From the human T2T-CHM13v2.0 reference genome, Homo sapiens: a stretch of DNA of 64,000 bases. Of the stretch, positions 22,171 through 33,988 are shown in pieces (position 1 is the first letter of the stretch; the number at the start of each line of letters is the position of its first letter). The translations under genes were made by a program, and so were the position numbers. The notes under the pieces were generated by a model. It saw only the letters and a list, made by a program, of their open reading frames with translations. It was not told the DNA's origin and did no database searches. Where the stretch lies: the NCBI RefSeq assembly GCF_009914755.1, contig NC_060931.1; one strand, 5' to 3'.

Positions 22171-25100
22171 AATAAGATGGTTTTTTCACTGCTGTTTGTT
22201 TGCTTTTTGTTTTAAAAATGAGTGCAAGATCCAATATATGATAATATAAAATGTCTAGTGTGTGATGAAAAGCACAATCATGTTGATAACTTAATTGGCT
22301 TATGCTAGGAAGAATATTATCCTTGTTTTGTATAAACCAACAATAATGATTAAACATTAATGACAATGTTTTTTTTTTTTAAAGAACCAAATGTAACTCT
22401 GTATTCTTGAACTGTTACCAGGATATAATTAAGTTTCAATGATGCTTTAGAAACATTATGTCATATACACCACAATGTTTTAAATGTTTATATTTGCGGA
22501 CATCCCAGACTCCTATTCTTAAAAATGTATCTGATTATGGGTCACCTAATTAAGTGCTTAAGTCCCACAGTTTCAGTCTGTAGGCTAACGTGTAATACCA
22601 GAGATATCTAAGGACATAATAGCAAATGAGAGACATTTATTTCATGGTGCATTTTACAACCAATTTCAAGAACTGACATGGATGAACCATCATCTGCCTT
22701 TTACTTAATGGTCCAAGTCTGTCTTCAACTACTCCCAAAGATTTTAACATCACTATATATTAAATAGAAGAAAATCTGTGTGGAAGTATCAAACGTGTTT
22801 TAGATTTTCTTCAAATAGCCGATTTCATTGTTACTTATCTAGTTTCAAGTCAAGTCTCTCACATGTTTGGTTAAATTAGAAGGCACCATTTTTTTAGCCC
22901 AATACAGAAAAAAAAAAAAAAAAGTTTTGCTTTAAGTTATGGTGACTGAAGAAAGGGAGATTTAATTAAAGGAGTTTGAAGGGCAGATGAATACTTGTGA
23001 AATATCTTATTCATATAGAAATGTTCAAAAGCTTTTATGGAAAAACAATGGTTATTTCATACACTGTTTTACATAAAAACGTATTGATTTCAGAAACATA
23101 AATGTTGACACAGTTGTCTTAAAATCATAAAGTTCATTTTGTCAATTTGCAAGTTTTTGTTTAATCTCTAATTAAAATTATTACAGTTTCAATATAACCT
23201 AATTATAGTTAAAATAATAGCTTATTTTAGTTGTTAACCATACATTAATTGATCCACAATCTGTTTGATTCCTTTCAAATGGATTGCCAATTTTGCCATC
23301 ATTTAATAAACAATTGATTCCTTTTGCATCTATAAAAATTCTTAAACATTTTTATTGGCAAATGAATTTCTGTGCATTTACTGTATTATATGAATTAAAA
23401 ATGAATAAACCAGACTATTGTTTAGTATGTAACCCAGTAAACTCCTATTAAACTCTTTTCCTTCCAAAAAAGGTATATCAAGAGGTTAAGTTTGACAAGG
23501 TATATAACTCAGAACTCTGGAATTTACCATAATTTAAACTTTCAAGCAAAGTATACACACCAGCACATAATAGAATATTTAATATACCAAACCCTAAAAT
23601 TTTAAAAGTCACAAAATAAGCACTACTAAAAATATTTGAAAAAAAGCATGCTGTTTCAAATTCCTTAAACATTTGTTTTTTTCTATCACTAAAGTTAGAG
23701 TCTAAAAAATGTGGGGAAAAATTGCCAGATTTTACCAAAGAAGAGATAGCCTATTAACAAATCCTATGGCTTTTTTTCAGATAATTTCTAAATGCTCTCT
23801 CATAATTTTAAACTAGAGTTTCATATCTTGAAATGAACTAAGATAATTCATACAACTGAGTTTTAAATAATATTATTTTCTAATCTCTTAAAAATAATAT
23901 ATCAAATTATTAAGCTATTCTACAAAACCACTTATGTAAATTTGGCTGAAACCAATTTTTTTAAATAATAAAAAGCAAAACAAGGTGAAACAAGACATCT
24001 TCACAGATTAACTATCCTGAGCTGCTTTTTATTATAAAGAATGAAAAAGACATACACTTAAGGTTTTAGCTTCTAGCCTTGGCCTTACTAGTTGATCTGG
24101 AATGTTGACCTCTCTAAAACTCAGCTATTAAATGAAGGTGTAGGACTAAGTAACTTATGAGAATACTTCCAACTCAGAATTATATTTCAAGCTTGCTTAG
24201 AATACTTTTTCAGAAGACAAGAAGGGTGCAGAAAAGAAATAAGTTTTTAAAAAGATACCACTATTTATACCATCATTTTCACTAAAACAATATTATTTAC
24301 TGCCTTGAAAATTTAGTTAATTTTCTTACAAGGATACAGCTTACACTATCAAAAGATATATATCCCAACAAGGAAACTTAAAAATATGAAAAGACTTCTA
24401 AGTTTGGATGAATTTGTACTGATACTGTGACTCCCACATTTGGAAATGTTTTATCTCTGCAGTTTAAGAACTTACAAGATGTGGAAATAAGATGAACGGG
24501 AGTTGCACAAAGTTATTTTGTCAGATCCTAGCGATTACATATGTACAAAGAAATAAATGACCTTGATACCATGTTTAGAAAACAAGAGACTGCAGACAAG
24601 ATGAAAGTGCTAAGTTTATTTCCCCTCATAGCAGAAAAATAAACCATGGATATCCCACTTTTTTATATATATTAAAGCTTAATTTGTGTTGTTGAGCAAG
24701 TCATGGTGAGCTAGTTTTTGGTGAGCTTGATGCTTTCTTCTCTGGGTGTTTTATGAACTGAAGAAATTCTCCTGGTATGCAAAGACTTGCTTGTGTAATT
24801 TTACTAAAAGTTAACAAAAAGTCCAGAGCCAAGCCTTTGTATTTATGGGACTATAAAAACCCATTTTGACATTTTTAGTGCCTTCCTAAACACACATCCC
24901 TCCTCTGGAATTTAGTATTTGTCTTTCATTTTGTAACACATCAGTTTGTTTTCCTCATTAGGAAAGTCAAAGAAAGGAACAGTGGTATTACTTCTTAGAT
25001 GGTCACAACGTGTGCGTGAACCTTCTTAGTGTTTAAATCCAAAGTAGTGCTTCTGAGATTTCAAATGTTTACATTTATCCACAGCCACACGAGCCTTTGA

Positions 25101-25629
25101 TGTTTGAGTAATTCAAAAACAATTCAATGGCATTAGGACTTGGACTTTGATAACATCTGATCTAGAAGTACTAGCTTTGCCTTTTTTTCAACAATTGGAC
25201 TCTATTTTGAACTTCATAAGAAGTTCATCAAAAGTTCATCATCAGAAGTTTTTTCTTTTCTAAAACTGTTTTATAAAAATGGCCAATAGAGTTCCAATTT
25301 GTAACCAGATTTTAATAACTACATTTTTAGTTGTATCCCTAAGATGCTATTTTTATTGTGTTTAGTACTGAAGGAGTTGGGGAAAAGACTAGTCAGGGAA
25401 ACTGTAGCTTTTTTTTCCTCACATTTGAAAGCAATACACAGAATCAAGGAGTCAGACAAGTTAATGTTTTTGGTCACCACTTTCTTCTAGCCCAAATAAA
25501 AAAAATTTGTTAGTTTTTATTGCATCAACCAACTCATCCTAATAATTCAATGAAACAGACTTCCACTAGTATCTAAGTGAGACCAATACTGAACTAGGAG
25601 CTATGACATTTGTGTAAGAATCAATCATA

Positions 25630-25805
25630 TTAATAACAGCTATATTTGCTTACATTATGTCAGACACTGTGCTAATTATAGTCTAATTATCACAAATAAT
25701 ATATGAAATAGGTTCTAATATTGTGCTCATTTACTGATATAGAAATTAAAACTTTGGAAAGATTAAGGACATTGACAAAGGTTTTATAGCTGAGCCAGAG
25801 GCAAA
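25630..25805 (-). mobile_element. MIR fragment
   Basis: ttatgtcagacactgtgctaa...ctcattttactgatatagaaattaaaac...gattaaggacattgacaaagg. Confidence 0.55.
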
Positions 25806-28413
25806 AGAACTATTATGGCATAACCATGTCATGAAAGAAGTTAGACTGCTTTGTGTGCATAAGGAATCTCTTCCTAGTCTTTCAACCCTCTTCTGTGGGC
25901 AGGTTCTTTTCCTGTTCCTGGAGAAAACCTCAGGAAGTAGCTTTCTGGTTCTTTTTAGTCAAAAAATGGTCTCATTTCTTAAAGTATACATTTAATGTAA
26001 TAATCCAAACTTCAAACTTCATACAAAAATAAAACTTTATCTTTTCCCATCCTGGATCGATCTTATGCTGAGAAGCCTGGAGCAGTGCTAGGCCAACTCC
26101 TTTCCAAGCATCAACTGTCAAAACTTATACATCCTTCCCCCACCATATATGTCATTATAGCTCACTCACAATGCAGGTTTCTAGCTGTGATCAGCCAAGG
26201 GCATGTTTTCAGGTACACGTAAGCATTCATCTCCAAAACTCCAAGGAATGTTATTAGGCCCTATAAATTGATACTTTGAAACTTCTCCGACTGGATTTGA
26301 GAAAGTTAGAAACACTTCCTTCATAAAGCAGCCCCTTTCCCTCTTCTATGAGGAAAGAGTGGAGACCTTCATAATTTGTCCAAACAAACCATCTCTGCAG
26401 ATCTTCTCAACGTCCCCATTAACCTGTAGCTACCACTAATATATCCTCCTGATAACGGATAAGCCAAGAGTTGAAAGCTAGGTTTCACCATCTCCTTTCT
26501 AAGTCCTGTATGGGTGGCGTAGATCTGAGTGTGGAATTTGTTGAGCATAAATTGTTTTCTTGCATCCCTGACAAGAATCTCCCATTTTTAACATCCTGTT
26601 ATGATATCTTAGAGATTCAGAAAAAAGGAAGAATTTTCCAACTGTAACCTTCAAAATAGCTGAGGAACACGTTATAGAATCAAGCCTGCACAGACTATCC
26701 ACCCGACCTAAGCAATCCCAAGTAGGACCCCACTGAAGGCTGAGAACTGACTTAAATTCTATATCAAATTATTAATACAAAACAAAAAATCAGTAATGCT
26801 TTTTTCTTTGAAATCCTATGGATATATGTATGTTTATGATATAATTAAACAGCAAATTTACTATTTTAGTCACTTTCACATATATTTACATGTATGTATT
26901 ATAGCAATCTATATAAATAAAATGTGAGATAATTTCTAACCATGACCTACCAAATAATAAATATTTTAAGTACTCAAAAAATGGTAAAGAGTCATTACGG
27001 ATACTACTGTCAAGGTAAATTCCAGTAAAACCAGATTTGGTCCTTGGTATACTGCAGTTCCTGACAAAGACTGGGCATGCCTGCAGGCTGAGAAGGGGCT
27101 TAGCTGAGTTTGCCCAATTTAAATGGTTGAACTCACCCAGGCAATGTGAGACAAATGAATCAAATTAAGAATTAAAATCTTAATTAGCTTATAAAGATAT
27201 TTCCTCATATCCCAATAGACTGTGAAATCACTCATTCTTAAATATTCTGAGCCCGCTCCTGAAAATTTAACATGTGTGGTGTGCCAAACTCATTTTTACA
27301 AATAAAATATTTCAACTAAACGACATACTAAATGCAGCTCAAAGGTAAAGCATTCACCACGCCATCCTATTTTAAATCTATATGTCACTACTTTTCTGCT
27401 TCAGAAAAAAAAAATGACTAAAGGAAAACCTTTGGCATAAAAATCAAATATGGTAGTTTATAAAGTTACATATTAACCAGCCTCTGTCCACTAGAGAATT
27501 CAAAAAATTCCTAAAGGGAAGGGAATGAGGAAAAGGTCATGATCAGAATTACCTGGGAAAGACACGTCTTTCCTTACCCAACCCATCTCCTCTTATCTAC
27601 CTAAGGCTGTCGGGTGGACAAGCAAATTACCAATGAACAGTTTGAAAAATAACAGTGTATCATATTCTCACTAATCAAAGCACTGACTGTCTCTTACAAA
27701 ATTAAGGTTGAGGAAAACAGCCTCAGACGGTTAAGTGATTTGTTTAGGATCACACAATTACTAAGCAGAGACCCAACAACAACAACAAAAACTTCATATT
27801 CCTACTCCAGCATGCTGAAACTGTATGAAAGTAGCTTAGGTAACAGGTTTCTTATTAAATTTGTTTTATATTCTAGAAAAGTTTCTTCATCCCCCTACTC
27901 CCAAATTATCTCCTTCTATATGGTCACATTTGCAAAACTGTTCCAAAAAAAAAAAGTTTGTAAAATATACACAGGGTCAGAGTTTTAACAAAATTGGCAC
28001 TAACCTTAAATTTCTTTTCATATAAAATCAATGTTATCACTAGATGTATGCAAGAAATAGATGATGGGAACTTATTTTTAAGTCTTTGAAAGGACTTCTG
28101 CTACTCTTGTTAAGAAGCCTAGTTCCAGCTGAATAGAATGATCCCATTCACTAGGTCTGCTTGTCTAATGACAGCCCTCTAAATTTTGCACTCAACATGG
28201 ACGTCATTTTTCACTTCAGGTCGTATTTAATAGCAGTTTGGAAAGATGAAACTATATCGTCAATATGCTTATTTTAAAGATTTACTGTATTCATCCGGGT
28301 CAAATCTCCCTGCTCTCTCCACAACTTACTGCAACCCCCACCAAGAGTGCGGGAAAGGATTTTAGAACTTCCAGTTCTTGGAAGTTCTGTCTAACTAAGC
28401 AGACAAGACTTAC

Positions 28414-28500
28414 AAGCGACGATGCTGACGGTGGACTCTTGCCCAGGGATCTGGGCAGAGCGTGGGAGGGCCTGTGGGGCCTGGGGTTCTCTCTGCGCAC
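28414..28500 (-). other. Candidate non-coding first exon (start approximate)
   Basis: Minus-strand donor CTT|GTAAGT at 28414/28413 at the island edge, downstream of a GC box; second donor GCA|GTAAGT at 28330/28329. Confidence 0.45.
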
Positions 28501-29045
28501 GAAATCCGGGGCGGGCACTATGTGATTCGAGCCCGCTGCGCCCTGGGCTCCTCGTGTCGCCCGCGGGGAAAGGAGGAGGGAGACTGCTCACATGGCCCAC
28601 TTCGCGGCCTGAGATGGAGTGCGCGCAGGGCGTCAGGGCAGAGGGAGGCGGGGATTCAGGATAAAGAGCGGCCTGATGCCCAGAGCCGGGTGCCCGGACC
28701 TCCTGCCTCCTGCTTCTGATCCCTGCAAGCCGCCCACCCTGCGATCGCCGGGTCCCGCCCTGACAATGCCCTGCCGCCAGTTCCAGCCCCAGTGCAGCCG
28801 TCGCCGGTCCTGTGCGCCTCTGGTGGCGCGTGCGCCCTGTCCTTCCCTGCCCAAGAGGGAGAACCCTCAGTGCCCCAGCCTCAGCTCTGCACACAGCGGT
28901 CCCCTGCATGTCCGCACTCCTGTTCTGTACTGCACGCTCGCCAGAGCACAGAGCCCCATGTCCCATTGCGAGGGTCCCACAGAGGGCAGTAGCCACCCTC
29001 GGAATCCATACCCTGTGTCCCAGCGCCCTAGCAGGTTCTAGGACC
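28415..29045. promoter_or_regulatory. CpG island, probable promoter
   Basis: About 44 CpGs in ~630 bp by manual count, in otherwise CpG-poor AT-rich DNA; GC boxes GGGGCGGG (~28507) and GGAGGCGGGG (~28644); NRF1-like GCGCGTGCGC (~28826); CTCF-like CCCACAGAGGGCAG (28976-28989); not a recognisable repeat. Confidence 0.85.
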
Positions 29046-29294
29046 AGGGTCAGCTATAAGGTCTGAGGCTGTGGGTTGAGACTGGCAGATACCCTCCGGC
29101 TGGGATTTGATTCTGAGTCAGTAGGCTCCACATCCTTCCCAAGCCCTGTCATACCTGCTTCCTTCCCCTCCCAAAGAGCTACGGAGAACAAGATATACAG
29201 TTGTATTACCATTGCCTACTCAATGCTCACCTTTCTGGATTTTGTTCTTATTCTATTTTCCTCTGTATTTTTTTTTTCTTTTTGGCCATTTCAG

Positions 29295-29371
29295 TGATCT
29301 ACAAAGGTCAAAGCTCTCACCAACGCAATCCCCCAAATCCATTGATAGAACGGCTTTAGATATAATTTACT
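29295..29371 (+). other. Candidate 77-nt internal exon
   Basis: Branch-like TGCTCAC (29224), ~60-nt pyrimidine tract, TTTCAG| acceptor and ACT|GTAAGT donor. Confidence 0.45.
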
Positions 29372-29582
29372 GTAAGTCTACTAGGATCATTTCTCTAAAT
29401 TTAAAAAGTGTCAAAGGTGGAGCTAATGTGAACACCACAGCACTCAAGGCTACCAGCTGAAATTGTGGCTTTCATTTACACTATTGCAACTCGCTTTTAT
29501 GAAATTTTTCCTTTTCCATCCCTAAGGCCTAATGTAGAGGCTCCTTTCAAGTTATGGAATTTATCACCCATTGAATCAAAGG

Positions 29583-29799
29583 CAGGTTCTTAATCTCCGA
29601 CTCTTGATATTTCAACTGGAATAATTCTTTGTTGTGGGGCTGTCTTGTGCAATGTAGCATGTTTAGCCTTAGCCTACCTTGGCCTCTGTGACAAGATGCC
29701 TATGGCACCCCTTCAGCTGTTACAACCAAAAATACTCCAGATGGTGCCGAAAGTTCCCTTGAGGCAAAATCATTCCCCCTCCCTCTTTCAAAACTATTG
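29583..29799. mobile_element. MER20 (hAT-Charlie) DNA transposon
   Basis: gaataattctttgttgtggggctgtcttgtgcaatgtagcatgtttag...gttacaaccaaaaatactccagatggtgcc. Confidence 0.8.
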
Positions 29800-31606
29800 A
29801 TCTAAGCCATCCCAGTACTAAATTCTACAAGCTACTTGGAAAAATCTACTTCTCTCCACTATAAATTATGCCTAGTATGTTTTAAGTGGAAAGGAGACAA
29901 CATTTAGGTTTTTCCTGGGGGCTACCATGTATACTTTATCTACCTATATTCATTTCATTATTCAAACTGAAAGCAAATGAAGTGCATAGTAATTTCTTTA
30001 CTGATATTTTATGTTCTATTTCCTTTGCCTAACTGATATATTAAAAAATACACTTCAGGGAAAAAGTGAGATTAATTGCTCTGTATATGAGGAAATTGAC
30101 AGATATATTAATAAAGAGAACCGTAGATCACCCAAAAGAAAAAATGCATGAAAAACTTACAGATTATATCTGAAAAAAAAAATGGAAAACAAAATACAAC
30201 ATAATACATTGGACAATGTTTTAGACCGTACTTCATCAACAAAATCAATCTAATGAAAAAAAAGTTACTTACTGAATTAAAAGGCATGATAATTTATTTT
30301 CTGATAAAGATCTAATGCTAGTCCTTAGTTTTCTGATCATGGAGGAAAAACTGCACTAAGATAATTGTGTTAAATGTATTCACATGATTTCTTAGAGATT
30401 CTCTATAGCGATGGAAAGTGTTCATGTGGAGCAAAGTTATTAAGTAGCTAAAATAAAAGGGACTCAGTGGAGGTTACCACCATTATTGAGTGACAATAGA
30501 GGATTGTTGCCATTAACTGGACTGAGCTTGGAGCTCTGATTTCAACTCATTTCTGTGAATATCCTGCAAAAAGTTCACTTCCTTTTCAGTGGCTTTACTT
30601 TACCATTCATACATTCTTCACGTGGATTGCACTTTTCAAATTAAAAAAGTATTCATATCTATTTCCTCATTTGTTACTCACAGGAATCTGAAATGAGGGG
30701 AAGAATTCATCTCCCATCTTAAGGAGGAGGAACTTAAGCTCTGAAAATGTGAACCCTTTTTCAACAGCAGTCAGAAAACAACAGAACAAAGATTTACTGT
30801 TCTTGTTCCTATATTCTTTTCACTCTTCCAAATTGATTCACACCTGATCTTGGTCCTGTATCCTTTCTACTCTTCCATATTGACTCTCACAATTTGCATG
30901 CCTTTCTCTACTGACGTGGACCACACCAGACAATTCTTTTCTGAATGTTTCAAAATACATTTAAACTCAACACACTTAATAAGGAGTGTGTCTATTTCAT
31001 GCTGAGGCTTGAATTTCTCAAAGTTGATAAACCTCAATTCAAACTTTAGACTTCAGGCAATTCATTCTGTAATTGAAATCTCAGTTGTCTCATAAGAACT
31101 TGGTCTTCGAGGATCAAAAGAAAAGATACATAGAGAGGCTCTTCCGTTGATGGACTTAAAAGCTACCTCATCCAATGTACCCCAAATAATCTTAAGAATA
31201 TAGAAAACTTCACTTTGTTGATTAGGAATCTGTAAGATTTGAAAATAGCTTTATGAAATACCTTTTACAGAAGCAGCTGGTTGGGAGAGAAGACAGATGA
31301 ACGAATAAACACAAGGAAAACCTATTTGCAGCAAGAAGGGGGAGAGAAGAAAGGCGAAAATCTTGGCTTCTCCTATTAGGAAAATCAAAGGGACGTACTG
31401 AGACTGCAGACATGTGAGAGTCTCTCACTTGTAACTTTGTGAATTTCACTTCAGGCAAAAAAGTTGCACTTTGAAATCACTGGATGGCTGGTTGGTGAGC
31501 TGCAGAACTAATGAAGAAAGCTAAATAAGCAAATTAACCTTTTCTAAGAATCGTGGAACTTCAGAGCTAGATGCAGAACTAGAGGCCATTTAACCCTCTC
31601 CTTAAT

Positions 31607-31824
31607 CATAGTTTTTGTGTGTGTGATGTACATGTGTATTTCATAATCACCAAGGCATCTCTAGCACACTAGATTCTATCTGAGGTAAGGGTGATACCCC
31701 ATATGATTCTCACGGCTATTTCCTGTCACCAGAATTACAATTCTGATTTGAAGGGTGAGGACCTGGAATTTTTATAAAAGCTCCCCAGGTGATTTTAGTG
31801 TACTTCCAGGATTAAAAACAATAG
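31607..31824. mobile_element. MER5A/B-like DNA transposon
   Basis: aattctgatttgaagggtgaggacctggaatttttataaaagctccccaggtgattttagtg. Confidence 0.6.
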
Positions 31825-33522
31825 TTTTAGGACTATGGCCTTATAGAATAAAGCCCAGCTAAAAATAAGCAATAATAGAAACTTTATGAGAGCTTCTATA
31901 TGTTCTAATTTATATACTTTAAATTTTAATCTTAGTTTTGAAATTAAAATAATATTTTTGCTTTCATTTCAGCAAAAATGTATGGTATCTATGTAAAAAG
32001 CCTAAACAAAACACTAAACAAATCCAAAAGTGTGTTCAAAAAAGAGTATAATTTGATCAAATAGTAATAATATTTTCACTGCATGTGAAGTGTATATCTC
32101 TATAATTCTTCCCATTGATGGGTCAAGAAGAAAAATCACAAGATTATGTCAATAAATGGAGAAAAGAATTTGATAAAGTATAATTTTGCTTGTTGTAAAC
32201 ATGATCAGCAAATTAAGAAATTTGCCAGTTTCTACTAATTCAACATATGTCTATCCTATTACCTAGAAATCCCACAATTAGCACACATACCCAAGTGAAA
32301 TGAGTTCAAATGTGCAAAAACGTCCCACTTATATAAGAATTTTCAGAGCAGTTTTATATATAATAGCTCCAGGTGTGCATTTGAGTTAGTGTGTAGATGC
32401 TCACAAAAAAGTTGAAAGCTTGTTTTAATGCCATGCAGCTTGGACTTGGCCACGGTAGAAGTATTTATGCCAGGGGAGTTGGCAAATGCTACTTTTTGTC
32501 TTCCCAGAAATTGTTTACCAGCACACCATTAAATAAGTTCAAGTTAGAAACTATCCAAATGTTCATCAGGAAATTGGATAAAGATGGTATATTCATAAAA
32601 TGGAATACTATATAGCAACATAAATTGCAAAATAACTTACTGATACAATAACGTGAATGACATGAGAAACATTAAGTTGATTGGAAGGAGTCAGACTAGA
32701 GAAGTATATAACTAACCTATAATTACAGCATTCAGAATGCTGATTACCTCTAGGGGTGAAGGATCATTGATTATAAAGGGAATGGAGAGATTTTGAGAGT
32801 GGTAGAAATATGCTACAGTTTTATTTAGGTGGTAATTACATGTTATATACATATATAAATATTCATTGAGCTGTATACTCTATGTAAGTTACACAATAAT
32901 AAAGATCATGTTTTTTTTAATGCTCATGTTAAAGAACACGATCTACAAAAAGCTAAGGCAATTTTGAAAAAAAAATATGACCAAAACATCAGGCTATTGT
33001 CTAGTTGGATATTAAATACTTGTCATAACTATGATTGATAGTAGGAGCACTATCAGATAAGCACAAGAACGGAGAACAACCCAATGAAAGAATATAGAGC
33101 TCAGAAAGATAGAAATGTAATTTGGAAAGATGGTAAGTAAGGCTTCACAGAGCAGTTAGTTACAAAGAGATTAACAGATTATGGAGGGAAAACTGTGTGA
33201 CTACATAGGAGAAAACAAGACTAGATGATTAACTGACACCAAAAGAACAAAAAAAGGAGACTATCTTTGTGACTTCAACATGGGAAAATACTTATTAAAG
33301 AAAAGCCTGACACTAAAAATCAAAACTAAAAATTGATGCAATTGAATATATCAAAAGCAAAGATTTTTCTTCTTGACCCATCAATGGGAAGAATTATTGA
33401 GATATACACTTTATATGTAATCTTTCTGTTGAATGAAGAAAGCATAGAAAAAGATAGCGGTCAAATAGCCACAAAGAAGGCAATTGCAGTATGTGATACT
33501 GATAAGGAACTCATATCTAGAA

Positions 33523-33988
<466 letters not shown>

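Noticed and set aside
28813-28829. CTCF site at TGCGCCTCTGGTGGCG
   Set aside because: Spacing and key positions deviate from the core on both strands
28391-29041. 201-aa (-) and 140-aa (+) ORFs across the CpG island
   Set aside because: Several overlapping frames on both strands are open because stops are rare in GC-rich DNA; Ala/Gly/Pro/Arg-rich with no recognisable domain
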